A stretch of DNA of 63,691 nucleotides, counting the filler, from Folioceros fuciformis (lineage: Eukaryota): NCBI GenBank assembly GCA_049999805.1. It is 4 parts of 2 records of this genome, joined end to end, with 100 filler letters (N's around TTAATTAATTAA, not from the genome) between each part and the next. Parts side by side here need not be neighbours in the genome. Positions count along the whole stretch, not along the records: positions 1 to 22,253 come from JBNGIO010006317.1; 3 more parts are not named here. One strand, written 5' to 3'. Numbering within the stretch: the first letter of the stretch is position 1; the number at the start of each line of letters is the position of its first letter. Below, piece by piece: positions 1-11,099 of the stretch. The translations under genes and the position numbers were made by a program. Under the pieces are notes generated by a model. That model had not been told where the DNA came from and searched no databases. It worked only from the letters and a program-made list of their open reading frames with translations.

Positions 1-925
1 GTACTATCTTCATTTTAATCTTGTTAAAAATAATATGTATTGTTTATATATTTTAAAGTTGTATTTATTAATATTATTTTTGGTCTGATTTGTATTATAT
101 AAATAATAGATTTTAGTTTATTTGGATTTCATAATTTGCATTCAGACAGTATTTTATGCTAATTAAACTTCGATATGTTGAATAATTATCCTTGTTTTCA
201 AAGATTCATATATATTCTGAGGCTTTTGGTATTGTTTCCTGCTCAATCTTGGAAAGTCTTTCTCTCTTTTATCTACTAAGAAAAAGGACTCTTAGGATAA
301 GTAAAAATACTATTCTTATTATATTATAATACTAACTCAAGGTTTGATTACTTTTTGAAAAGCTTAGGGCCTAGTGAGAGAAGAACTAAGCAAGGTTCAT
401 TTTTTTAGAGCAATGTTGCTTTGAATAATTGCCTAGGGAACTACTCAAAGCAATACTTGTCCTCATAGGGGGTAGGCTAATAAGTCGTTTGTGGCCTAGT
501 ATGAATTATGGTTTATGGGTCCACCAAGAGATGTCTTGGTTTGGGCTGTCAAGGGCTCATAAGAAGTAGTTATGGATGACAAAGGGAAGAGGGTTTACAA
601 AGTGGTTAATGAAGACCTTGGTGCTTCACTAAGAACATTGCCCTTGTTCGACAAGACATCATCCTGGTATTTGTGAAGTTTGATAATAGAAGAGTTGTTG
701 ATTTATTTCTAACTATTCCAACTTGGCACCTCAGTGGAATTGATTTTAAATATGTAGCTTGACTTTCTAACAAACTTGCATTTCTTGTGAGTTATCATTT
801 TTTTCCTGTCTTCCTACCATTAAGTTAGAACAAGACAACACAACCTCGTAAAGGACATCTAGGTTTTTTTTTCCTAAGGGTGCATGGAGTTTGGGTGTTT
901 TGCACTTAGTACCCTAGACGTCTAG

Positions 926-1031
926 ACTTTAGTGCCTTAAGGACCCAGAGTCCAAATGTCTTGGGGCACCTAAACCGACTTTAGCTCCTTAAGGAGCCAG
1001 AGTCCAGGTGTCTTGGGGCACCTAAACCGAG
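926..1031. repeat. Two-copy ~52-bp tandem duplication
   Basis: ctttag..ccttaagga.ccagagtcca..tgtcttggggcacctaaaccga occurs twice in tandem. Confidence 0.75.
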
Positions 1032-1664
1032 GCTCAGCACTAACCCCAAACCCTAGGGGTCTGGTCTTTTTTGAGGCTTGAGGCTTAGAAGAAAGTTTTT
1101 TTCAGTCCCCCATCCCACTTGTGATCAAGTCCCCAAAACCTACACCAAGCCTCAAAGAGAAGGCAAGAGATAAAATCAACAAAACTAACATGAATACTCA
1201 ATTGCTCAAGAAACTCTATGAGTTGAAAGCGCTCGTTAAGAAGCTAGAGGTAGAAGGAGTATGAGCATCCCACCAATGGGTAGCAGAATCCCTCAGAGCC
1301 TTGTAACAAATATGGAGTAGAAGATCAAAACACCCGATATTGCTTGAAGTTGTGTAGCTATTGTGACGGAAGTGGGCATTTGGAGTGGAGATGTGTGAAA
1401 GCTCTCAAAACAACCATGAGCTAGTTGGATCATTAAGAAGAAACCCAAACCCATTGCAAAGGCATGCATGGGGGCTCCCTTCCCTTTGTGGGAAAATGTG
1501 ATGAGAAAGCTTAAGCCAAGCTAGTGACTTGAGTTGCCATATCCAATGAGCATGAGATAATCGCTATTGTTACGAAGGATCATCAGAGCCATGATGCCCC
1601 CTCATGTAAAGGAGGAGAATGTCGGCCAAAAAACTAAAAGAGGGACTTAGCATCACTACTTGAA

Positions 1665-1800
1665 GTGGACATGCTTGATGCAACCCATGAGAGGGAAAAT
1701 CTGAGAAGGATAGGAATTGCTCTACTGCCAAATGGTGGACATGCTTGATGCAACCCACAAGAGGGAAAAGATGAGAAGGCCAGGAATTGCTCTACCGTCA
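1665..1800. repeat. Two-copy ~70-bp tandem duplication
   Basis: gtggacatgcttgatgcaaccca..agagggaaaa..tgagaagg...aggaattgctctac occurs twice. Confidence 0.8.
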
Positions 1801-3206
1801 TTTGGCAAGAGTCTTCCTGGGACAAGAATTGCTTTATCATCGATTGCCAAGAATCTTTTTAACTACTTGTCGATTGAGGACATAGCCAGCCAGGAGAGAA
1901 GTGAAGATGACTTTTGGAGAACTCCTGGGCCTAGCTAGTTCTAGCTGTGTGTCATGAGATAGCCTCACCATTGAGTACTCACTAGCCTAAAGCAAGAAAA
2001 AATAAGAAGGTGAATACAAAACATGGTTTACCATTGATAAGATGCCTGTTAGAGCTTGTGGAGGAGACCCTTCATTGGGATACTAGAGTACTAGAGATAG
2101 GTCTTGAACACCACAAAGTGCAAACTAAGGGATGACAAAGGCTAGGGGATAACGAAGGGGTTGAGAGGTTTAACAAAGTGACTAATGGAGTCTATTGGCA
2201 TTTGCGAGGTTTGATGATAGAAAAGTTGTTAATTTGTTCTTGGAAGTACCAGCTCACAAAGTTAGCCCCCCATTTATGATGCACTAGACTACAAAGTAGT
2301 TAGCTCATCACTTTTTTTATCCTATTCTTAACCTCACTAGACTCTATCTCTTGATACTTCTCATGAAGCTTAGGAGATTAGGATCAACAAGTTTACTACC
2401 AACTTTTTATGAATTCCCATGTATAGGCTCACGACTATACTATGATTAGATGCTCCTCTAGTTTCGAAATAATCCCCATTGATTTTTATGGTCTTTAATA
2501 TTCTGCCATTGATTTCTATTGTCCTTAACCTTAGGTATTGCAAGAAAGGAAGTATGACATGATGCATGGATCCAACATGGTTTTACATGATTATGGTGTA
2601 TTATTGATTATAGAAATATTATTATCATTAAATAATAATGTTGCTATAATCAATTGTTGACTTAGGTCATGTTTCAATTCAAGGTAGATGGAAGAGCTAA
2701 CTACGTTAAAAGGGTTTAGGGAAATGGAAGAGCTAAATTCGTGGAAGATATTTCTGGCTAGTTGTAAATATGCATACAAGAGTAAAAGCCAGGCTGGTTA
2801 CTAGAATATCTGGTGGAGGGGCAAATTTGATTAGTACTCGGGAACAGCGAGTCTGTTTTCCAAGTCTCGAGATTCGCAGCTCGGTGTGTACACAACACAC
2901 GAGCTGCACACCTTGAGACTCACGTGCACCGATCTGCTGCAAATGGAGGCTCGACACATTGATGAGGTTGTTGGTCGTCTACATGGCGATGGGGTCTTCT
3001 CAAGTATGCTCAAGAATCAGACTGAAGACTTCTGGATTCTTGCTCCTCGGAATTCTGCTCTGGCAGATGCATCCGGCAACGAGTCCCGACGTGCGAAGCT
3101 GTGATTGTGAGCTTGAGGCGCTATATAATGCCCGTACACGCTTGCATTCCGCAGATCCTGCCAGGTTCGCTGCAACCTAGAGAGCAGAGGAGCTCAAACC
3201 TCAGCA

Positions 3207-4814
3207 ATGGCAGTTTCCGAAGCCCTAGGTCCGCTCTCGCGATCGGCTCTGCTCCTGGCGACATTGGTGATATTCGGCCTGGCCGGGGCAGCATTCGCAT
3301 CGCATGGATCCGACGCCGCCGCGTGGTTGCAGCTCGATTCATTGAGCGTGTCCGACCCGCTTCCGGTGGTGGATCTTGATGCCGTGAGTGTGCTCCCTCG
3401 GGTGGATGTCGACGCCGTGAGCGTGCTCCCGAAGGTGGATGTCGATTCCGTGGGTTTGTTCCCCAAGGTGCCTCTTCATACCGTGAGTGTGCTCCCGCAG
3501 GTGGATGCGGAGGTCGCCAGCACCGGGCTCCCGCAAGTCGACTCGTCTGTACCGTCTGAGTTGTGGTGGGGCACGGACGCCGCCAATCGCATGGTGTTCC
3601 AGAGTCTGCCCTTCTGCAAAGGCCGCGTCTGGGTCGTGGTGAATCCGACCGTGAAGGGGAATTCCAAGAAGGCCGTCTGCCCGGCTGCAGCTGTGGAGAC
3701 CAGGACGTCGTGTGGTACCTACACTACCTGCACTTTCATTTCCCAATCGGAACACGGCAGGCACGGGAAGGGCCTCTTGGAGCATGATGAGGTCGAGGTG
3801 TACTCATGGAGTAGCATGCGCCGTCACCATCCCGGCCACAAGGGGCGTCACGGGCCTGCTCCCGCACCGCATCACCATCACCATAACAATCATCATCATC
3901 ATCACTACGCCCCGGCTGCCACTCCGCTTCATCACCACAAGGCCCCGGCTCCATCGCCTGCTCACCACCACAAGGCCCCGGCTCCATCGCCTGCTCACCA
4001 CCACAAGGCCCCGGCTCCATCGCCTGCTCACCACCACAAGGCCCCGGCTCCATCNNNNNNNNNNNNNNNNNNNNNNNNNNNNNNNNNNNNNNNNNNNNNN
4101 NNNNNNNNNNNNNNNNNNNNNNNNNNNNNNNNNNNNNNNNNNNNNNNNNNNNNNGCCCCGGCTCCATCGCCTGCTCACCACCACAAGGCCCCGGCTCCAT
4201 CACCTGCTCACCACCACAAGGCCCCGGCTCCATCGCCTGCTCACCACCACAAGGCGCCGGCCCCATCGCCTTCTCACCACAAGGCGCCGGCTCCATCTCC
4301 TGCTCACCATCACCACCATCACAACGCTCCATCTCCTTCGTATCGCATCCGACACAACAAGGGACTGTCGGAGGAAGTGTCGAGCGAGGAAGTAGTGTCG
4401 AAGCAGGAAGTGTCCGGCGTGGAAGACGTGTCGAGCGGGAAACTGTTGGGCGAGGAAGTGTGGCCGCACAATTTCCATCACGGGCATGGGCAGCCGGGGA
4501 AGCCAAGTCCTCATCACGCTCCAGTTGGAGCTCCAGGGCACCGCCATGCCCCGCCCGCCAAGACCTGCAAGACAAAGTGGAACGTGAAGGGCAACGAGAT
4601 CGAGCTGTCGGAGTACGCCAAGGATGTCGAGGTCAAGGAGCCTTGGGGCCACACCGGAGTGGGGTGGGATGACACTTGCAAGTGGCTTCCCAGTCACAAC
4701 GGCACTCAGGTTCTGGTGTGCGTGAAGTGCGCAGCAGAGACCCCGGGCCACAAACCGGGTGTTGCCGAGACCACTGAGAGCGGGGACGAGCCTGTCGAGT
4801 ATCCTCTAGACTAG
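3207..4814 (+). CDS. Secreted His/Pro-rich repeat protein (AGP/HRGP-like chimera with two Cys-containing domains)
   Basis: Single-exon ORF with an N-terminal hydrophobic signal peptide, 11-aa VDVDAVSVLPK-type repeats, a 4-Cys segment, APAPSPAHHHK tandem repeats (interrupted by the gap at 4055-4154) and a C-terminal 4-Cys segment. TATA-like ctatataat at ~3121. Confidence 0.8.
   Translation: MAVSEALGPLSRSALLLATLVIFGLAGAAFASHGSDAAAWLQLDSLSVSDPLPVVDLDAVSVLPRVDVDAVSVLPKVDVDSVGLFPKVPLHTVSVLPQVDAEVASTGLPQVDSSVPSELWWGTDAANRMVFQSLPFCKGRVWVVVNPTVKGNSKKAVCPAAAVETRTSCGTYTTCTFISQSEHGRHGKGLLEHDEVEVYSWSSMRRHHPGHKGRHGPAPAPHHHHHNNHHHHHYAPAATPLHHHKAPAPSPAHHHKAPAPSPAHHHKAPAPSPAHHHKAPAPXXXXXXXXXXXXXXXXXXXXXXXXXXXXXXXXXXAPAPSPAHHHKAPAPSPAHHHKAPAPSPAHHHKAPAPSPSHHKAPAPSPAHHHHHHNAPSPSYRIRHNKGLSEEVSSEEVVSKQEVSGVEDVSSGKLLGEEVWPHNFHHGHGQPGKPSPHHAPVGAPGHRHAPPAKTCKTKWNVKGNEIELSEYAKDVEVKEPWGHTGVGWDDTCKWLPSHNGTQVLVCVKCAAETPGHKPGVAETTESGDEPVEYPLD
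3932..4330 (+). repeat. 33-bp coding minisatellite (APAPSPAHHHK)n
   Basis: Unit aaggccccggctccatcgcctgctcaccaccac is repeated on both sides of an assembly gap. Confidence 0.9.
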
Positions 4815-5534
4815 TTGTAGGAAACAAGATTAAGCATTTCAAGGATACCACGATCATGGTCTTGTGACTGTTTCCGCTGGACTTTGCAATAAGTATTGGG
4901 AATTTGGAGTGAAGCCATTCCAAAGAGCTTGAATTTGATGCTGGTCAGATTCTTTTCCTTGTGACTGCCTGTATGTCTGGGTTTCACGGATACAGAGCAG
5001 TCCTGTTCCGACAGCGGTGAAGAATGATTGGCTGCATGGTGTAACCTTGAATGGATCGATCACAATGTAAGTTGTAAATTGCACTGGACGCGGCTGTGCA
5101 GCCGCAGAAATCCCGCTACTACGGCACGTGTTCGTACAATGCAGAGGTTCCTGAGCTCCTTCCTGATCGTCGAGTGCTCATGCCCTTTCCATTTTTTTAT
5201 AACAAGCGACCAATTGCCAGAGACCCCCACCCATCCTGCTCACGCATCAATGAGTTCTTTTTGAGTGCTATTTACCTTTCTGGAATGCTGTACTGAAACT
5301 TGAAGTCGCCCTCCTGGCACGTTGAACATTGCATTGAGATTCACCTGAGGTACCGATGGAATATTGTTGTTGAATGTAAAGGTAGGCCAGTGGGCTCCAG
5401 CATGTCGCATAGAAGTGTCCCGAAAGTCCTGCATTTAATCCCGGCCGGCCTTGTCACAGACGAGAGACGTGGATCATTCGAGGTTCTCCTGCAATCAGAG
5501 AATGGTCAGTGTCGGGCAGCTGGGAAAGGAGGAG

Positions 5535-7572
5535 ATGGCGCTGATTCAGAAATGCAGCATATGGACGCTGCTTGTTGTTCTTGTCTTCTCTACTGCAGCT
5601 AAGGCAACAACAACAGATAACGTGATTACGCAGTGGAATGCTGTCGCCCAGCAGGTTAGTGCTTCAAACAGAGTGGTTTTAAAGCAGTCAATGTTAACGC
5701 TGTAGTAGCTGGGCGATCTGCTGTGGCCACTGCTTCGGGCCCGGGCAACATTTCTTGGACTGACCATATTTCTCTTGCTCTTGTGCTGAAGGTGGTACGC
5801 CGGCTCGGGATTGCCAATCAAATTGCTGGCAAAAACTACGCCCTGGTTCATTTGTCACAGTACAAGGCACTCCAGCTAGCGTACAAGGAAAAGGTGAAAC
5901 ATCCTGAGGCAGCAGCTGCCTATGCTGCTCATTTCGTTCTCTCGGAGTAAGATTTCACTGGCCATCGCTACTTCATTTGTCCTGACAGTCGTCACATTGG
6001 CAAGCTTTTGACCGAGTGCTCAAGCGTGAAATATTGCTCGTTGTAAACTTCCTGCAGGCTCGCTCCCTTTTTGCAGTCATCCCTTCTGGATCGTGCCTTG
6101 GCCAAGCAAATCCGTCCTCTCCAGCTTTCCGAGGAGGAGGAGTCTGCCCTTCAGACAATTGCTCTGGCTTTTGCCGTGCCCCTCGTGAAAGAGAGGTAAT
6201 TCCCACTTTCAAACCTTCCGCGGTGGTGTTTGCCTGTTGAAAAGCCTGCTGCTACGTTGAGTTCTCAACGAGTGCTTGGACACTCCAGGGCGTACGACGG
6301 AAGTCAGAGATGGGCAGACTTCGTACCTGTTCCTCCAGGCGGCCCAACTGGAGCTTACCAGTTCGTTCCCAACCAAACCTATGCCCTCTATCCCCAGCTG
6401 GCAACCACCAAGCCGTTCCTGATTAAGTCTCCCAAGCTGTACGACCACTTCGGCGGCCCCCCCAAGATTCCAAGCGCACTGTACAATGCCCAATACAACA
6501 CTATCGTCAAATTAGGAGACACCGACTCCCCACACCAGACACAGGCTGAGAGGGATACAGCGAGATTCTGGGACGATGGAAGCAGTAAGGAATGAAAACC
6601 CATGCATATCCCTCCTTGCTTGCGATTGTGAACATTGCTTGCAAAGATTCTCTGCTTCCTGGCCCTCAGCTAAGTTCTGCATAAACGTGGTGTAACCCGT
6701 AGTTTGAATTGGATTTTGGCATGCAGATACCTCGTCTGTTGCAGGGCATCTGTTCAACGTGACTCTTGCAGCAGTTGACACTGACCTTTCGCTAAACGAG
6801 GTTGCCAAGCTCTTCGCAGCCTATGCTGTGGCGACGTACGATGCATCCATTGCTACCTTTTATCAGAAATACAAGTACCTCTTCTGGAGGCCCATTACTG
6901 CTGTGAGGTAATCCTCTTGAACATCTTCCACCAGTTTTTTACTTCTTTCTGGGCCACTGCAACGAAGACACCATTTACGAGTGTAGATGTGGTAGCCATG
7001 GTTTATCCGGATTGAAACTTGGCAGGCAGGGAGATCCAAGGCACAAGCCCGCAGGATTCTCACCTGTGCTAGTGGGCTCTGGATACACACCGGAGTATCC
7101 GAGTGGACACAGTACATTCGGTGGAGCATACGCTGGAGTGCTGTCCAAGTTTCTCGGCAAATCCCCGAGCAGCAAAACGAGGAAGCCTTTCTCTGTAGCC
7201 ACTGAGAACGTATTGCTCCCTCCCCGTACTTTCAACACCATTGAAGGACCTGCGCTGGACATTGTGAGAAGCAGGTACACTGCGAAGCTTCCCCTACTGT
7301 CCCATCCGACGCCATCATGATGGCAGTCTAAGCTTGAGCTCACTCACGTATGTACTTTGCAGAGTGTACGGAGGACTGCATTTTCCGAAATCCAGTGACG
7401 ATGCGTACCACATCGGTGTAGAGGTGGGAGTCCCTGCCAGAAGCAAGTTACAACTGGACGCCACGAGTCCTGATTGTCTGCTTCCAAGCTTGTCTGACAC
7501 GCATCCCTTCTTCCTATGCAGGTTGGCAGCTATGTGTGGGACCATTTCCCCAAGGTCTTCGGTGAGCTGTGA
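5535..7572 (+). CDS. Secreted vanadium-dependent haloperoxidase-like protein (PAP2 superfamily), 8 exons, ~416 aa
   Basis: GT-AG exons 5535-5654, 5792-5946, 6058-6195, 6289-6584, 6727-6907, 7026-7274, 7363-7423 and 7522-7572 splice in frame. Signal peptide present; motifs KYKYLFWRP (Kx6RP), EYPSGHS, SRVYGGLHF; N-terminal DNVITQWN and central ARFW segments resemble bacterial VHPO-like proteins. Confidence 0.85.
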
Positions 7573-8137
7573 GTCGTGACCAAGTGTTTCAGCCTCGTCC
7601 AGCCTCCATCAATCCATGGAACAGACTCAAATGCTGAGGAACACGATCGCAGTTTAAGGGACGTTGCACCGCATCCAAAATACCAGAAAGCTGTTAGAAC
7701 CTCTGAACGATGAATTGATGAGACCGGCGCACGAACAAGGCTTGGCCATCATTGGTAACACACCTACTGAACTGCGCTCTGTTTTCTACACTACCTGTAG
7801 TCGAACCACAGAAGTATGGACAAACTTTTGCCGGACTGACCTCCCCTCACATGACAAGCCTCCGAGAGTCAGTGTCATCCGGGAAATGCGGTGAACGAGG
7901 ATCGTGTCCGGCTCATCCAGTGGATGCGGATTTGTAGAGAGCAAGCTCCTCTCAAGTTGCCAGTTTGTCATTGAATTGTATGCCTTTGAACTCGCTATGG
8001 GTGAGGACTCTTGCGGGGAAATCTCTCCCCATCGTTACGTTCTCCTGGACAGGGTGTAATCCTCCTTTCGCACTTGAGATGACGGCTAATTCCTGGCTTT
8101 GGGCGAGCTGATTCAGAAGCTTTCACGTTCCTGTATA

Positions 8138-10912
8138 ATGCACGAACTTTGCTTCTGCACTGGGTTGCCACCTGCAATTCGGTGGAACGCTGCTGGAGTA
8201 TACGTAGTGGACTGTTCTAGTCCGGGTGTTTGTAGAGAAAATGGGCATGCGATGGGCAGAGGAGCTATGGCTTCTTCAGATTTAGGCGCAGACGAGGGAA
8301 CCAGAAAGGTACAGCCGGCAGTTGTTGTGGAAAGAATCTGGCAGAAATTCTTTTCTGATCCCTCGCAGTGGTGGGACAACAGGCTAAGCAAGGTGCGACC
8401 GTGCCTCAGCTGCTACACAATGCGTGCTCTTTCGCTCGTCCCATTTTTTCTACGTTGTTGAGACCCCAATCGGTAGTTGTTGGTGCAGAATGGCCCTAGA
8501 AGTCCCGACTTTACACATAAGGTGTCCAAGGAGGTTCTCTGGGTGGATGGCAGGTACAAGCCTTCTTGGGTGGATTCTCAGCTGGCTACACTGGGCAATC
8601 ACAGTAGGCCTCCTGCTCGGTGAGTAGGATTTGATCGTGGGTCTGATTAATTCATGCTTTATGGATGCAAATTTCCGCTTTCCTGAGCAAACAAGCACTG
8701 AGTTGTTCGCAGGGTGCAGGGTGAATGGAAGGATGAGCATGGGTTGCAAAATCTCTGTAGGGATGGGCAGCTAGGCTTGGCATTGGATGCTATGCACCAG
8801 ATGGGCCGGGACGGCAGAGTTCCTTCCGTGGAAACTTATTTTCAACTCATGCGGGCATGCAGGAAAAACAAATCGCTGACTGAGGTCAAGCAAGTGCATG
8901 CTGACATGGTGAAGAACGGGATGGATAGCCACAAGTTTCTGGCAGAGCATCTTGTAAACACTCTGGTTCAGTGTAGCAGTCTTGTGGATGGCCTGCAGGT
9001 GTTCCGTAAGTTGTCACAGCAAGACGGTGCGCATCCAAACAGCTTCACTTTCGTCAACCTACTCAAAGCATGCAGCAGTTCACCAGACCTGGAACAATTA
9101 AGGTGGATTCATGGCGAAATCCTAAGACATAGATATGGATCTGATACGTATGTTGGGAGCACACTCGTTCATCTTTATGCTAAGTGTGGGAGCATGGTGG
9201 ATGCCCACGATGTTTTCCGGACACTGCCCAAGTGCAGCGTGGTGTTGTGGAATGCATTGATTGCAGGATATGCTCAAAAGGGTCAACCAAGCAAAGCTCT
9301 GGAGCTTTATGGCCAAATGCGGAAGGAAGGTGTGAAGCCAAGCCATCGGACATTTGTCAGCGTGCTGCAAGCATGTGCTATCTTGGGAGAACTGGAATCA
9401 GAGACACTCTTGGATGGGATGTCGACCAAACTGCAGTCCCTGGACAGAGGGATGGCAATTCATGCTGACGCAGCTCGAAGTGGGTATGGGTCAGATGTGT
9501 TTGTTGGCAATACCTTGGTCAGTATGTATGCAAAATGTGGCAGCATTGAAAGTGCCTTACATATTTTTAATTCTTTACCTGAGCGTGGTCTTGTGTCATG
9601 GAATGCAATGATATCAGGATTCACTCAGCATCGGCAGGACGAAAAAGCTTTGCATTTTTTTGCTCAAATGCAAGAAGACGGGATGAGGCCAGACGTTTGG
9701 ACATTTGCCACGGTTCTTAAAGCATGTACCAACCTGGCAGATATGGAGGCTAGTGTACTTGTTGGCTCTGGCAAGTTTGTCAAAGTGAAATCTCTGGAGA
9801 AGGGGAAGGCAATTCATGCTCAGGCAATTCAAAATGGTTATGCATCTGACGGTTTTGTTGGCAGTGCTTTGGTTAGTATGTATGCGAAGTGTGGCAGTAT
9901 CGACGAAGCGATGGAGATATTTGACACTTCGCTCAAATGCGATGTGGTGTCTTGGAATGCCATGCTTGGGGGTTATGTTGAACAAGAACAAGGAGAGAAA
10001 GCAATACAGCTTTATGCTAAAATGCAGGAGCATGGTGTCTATCCCAATGAAGCATCATTTGTGTGGGTGCTGAAGGCGTGCAGCAATATAGGAGCCCTCA
10101 CTATGTGCAGTCGGGTCCACCAACATGTAGACTCTGCTGGCTATGCCTGCAGTCTTAAAGTGTTAACAGCTCTCATTCACGCATATGGAAAATGTGGCAG
10201 CATGACCAATGCCCAGACAGTGTTCGACGAACTACCACGGGCCGACGTCGTGGCATGGACTGCATTAATTGCCGGGTACGCACGTCAAGGAGATTTTGAA
10301 TCCACCGTTCTGTGCTTTGAGCAAATGGAAAGGGCAGGCTTTAAGGCGACCGGTGTGACGTTCCTATCGCTTCTCTCAGCATGCAGCCACGCTGGTAAGG
10401 TTGAGCAAGGTCTCAAGTACTTCGATTCCATGACGAAGGACTGTGGCATCAGCCCTGCCACCGAGCATTACGTCTGCATGATTGACCTACTTGGCCGGGC
10501 AGGACTGTTCAGCAAGGTCGAAGACTTGCTTTTGGAAATGCCAATGCAACCCACTTGGGCTGTTTGGTCGGCATTGTTGGCTGCCTGTCGGAAGCATGGG
10601 AACGTTGTACTGGGAAGGCAAGCTTTTGACTGCCTGATGCTTTTAGAACCGAACCAGGCTTCACAGTATGTGGTAATGTCTCAGATCTATGTTGATGCTG
10701 GCATGTGGTCCAGCGCTGAAGGGATAGAGAGCTTACGGTGGGGGGCAGGTGCAACATTGAAAAAACCAGCTTACAGCTGGATTGAGCATGAGAAAGGGTT
10801 GAACACGTTCATGGCAGGCGACTGTACACACCAGCAAACCGAGGAGGTCTACAAAATGCTGGAAACAATTAATGGGCAGTTGTTGAAAGAAGGAGAGATT
10901 ATTCATGGTTAG
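8138..10912 (+). CDS. PLS-class PPR protein (E1-E2-E+, no DYW) with N-terminal OSB-type PDF ssDNA-binding motif, ~861 aa
   Basis: Exons 8138-8392, 8489-8619 and 8713-10912 join in frame (phases 0 and 2). The first two encode IWQKFFSDPSQWWDNRLSK|NGPRSPDFTHKVSKEVLWVDGRYKPSWVDSQL; exon 3 encodes P-L-S arrays, E domains and KKPAYSWIE...F.AGD..H. Start codon uncertain. Confidence 0.88.
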
Positions 10913-11099
10913 ACTTAAAGAAAGTGAGGTGACTCCAGAAGTGGAGTGCACCAGTGACTGCAAACAGGTGGCATCTGGCTGTGTGCCACGCATGCTCTTT
11001 CATCCTGTCGAGGACCTCTTCATAGCCTCCTTGCCGGGTGTATCCTGCAGCCTACACATGCCAGGAGGGCATGCTCTTAAACGACAACGAATCAAATGC

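Larger units (their letters stand above)
480..2350 (+). mobile_element. Degenerate non-autonomous LTR-retroelement remnant (gag zinc knuckle between two diverged direct repeats)
   Basis: CCHC knuckle CSYCDGSGHLEWRC is encoded at 1353-1394. Diverged direct repeats at ~570-850 and ~2130-2350 share motifs (ggatgacaaagg, acaaagtg..taatg, g.atttg.ga.gtttgat.ata..a..agttgtt.attt). No long ORF; boundaries approximate. Confidence 0.45.
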
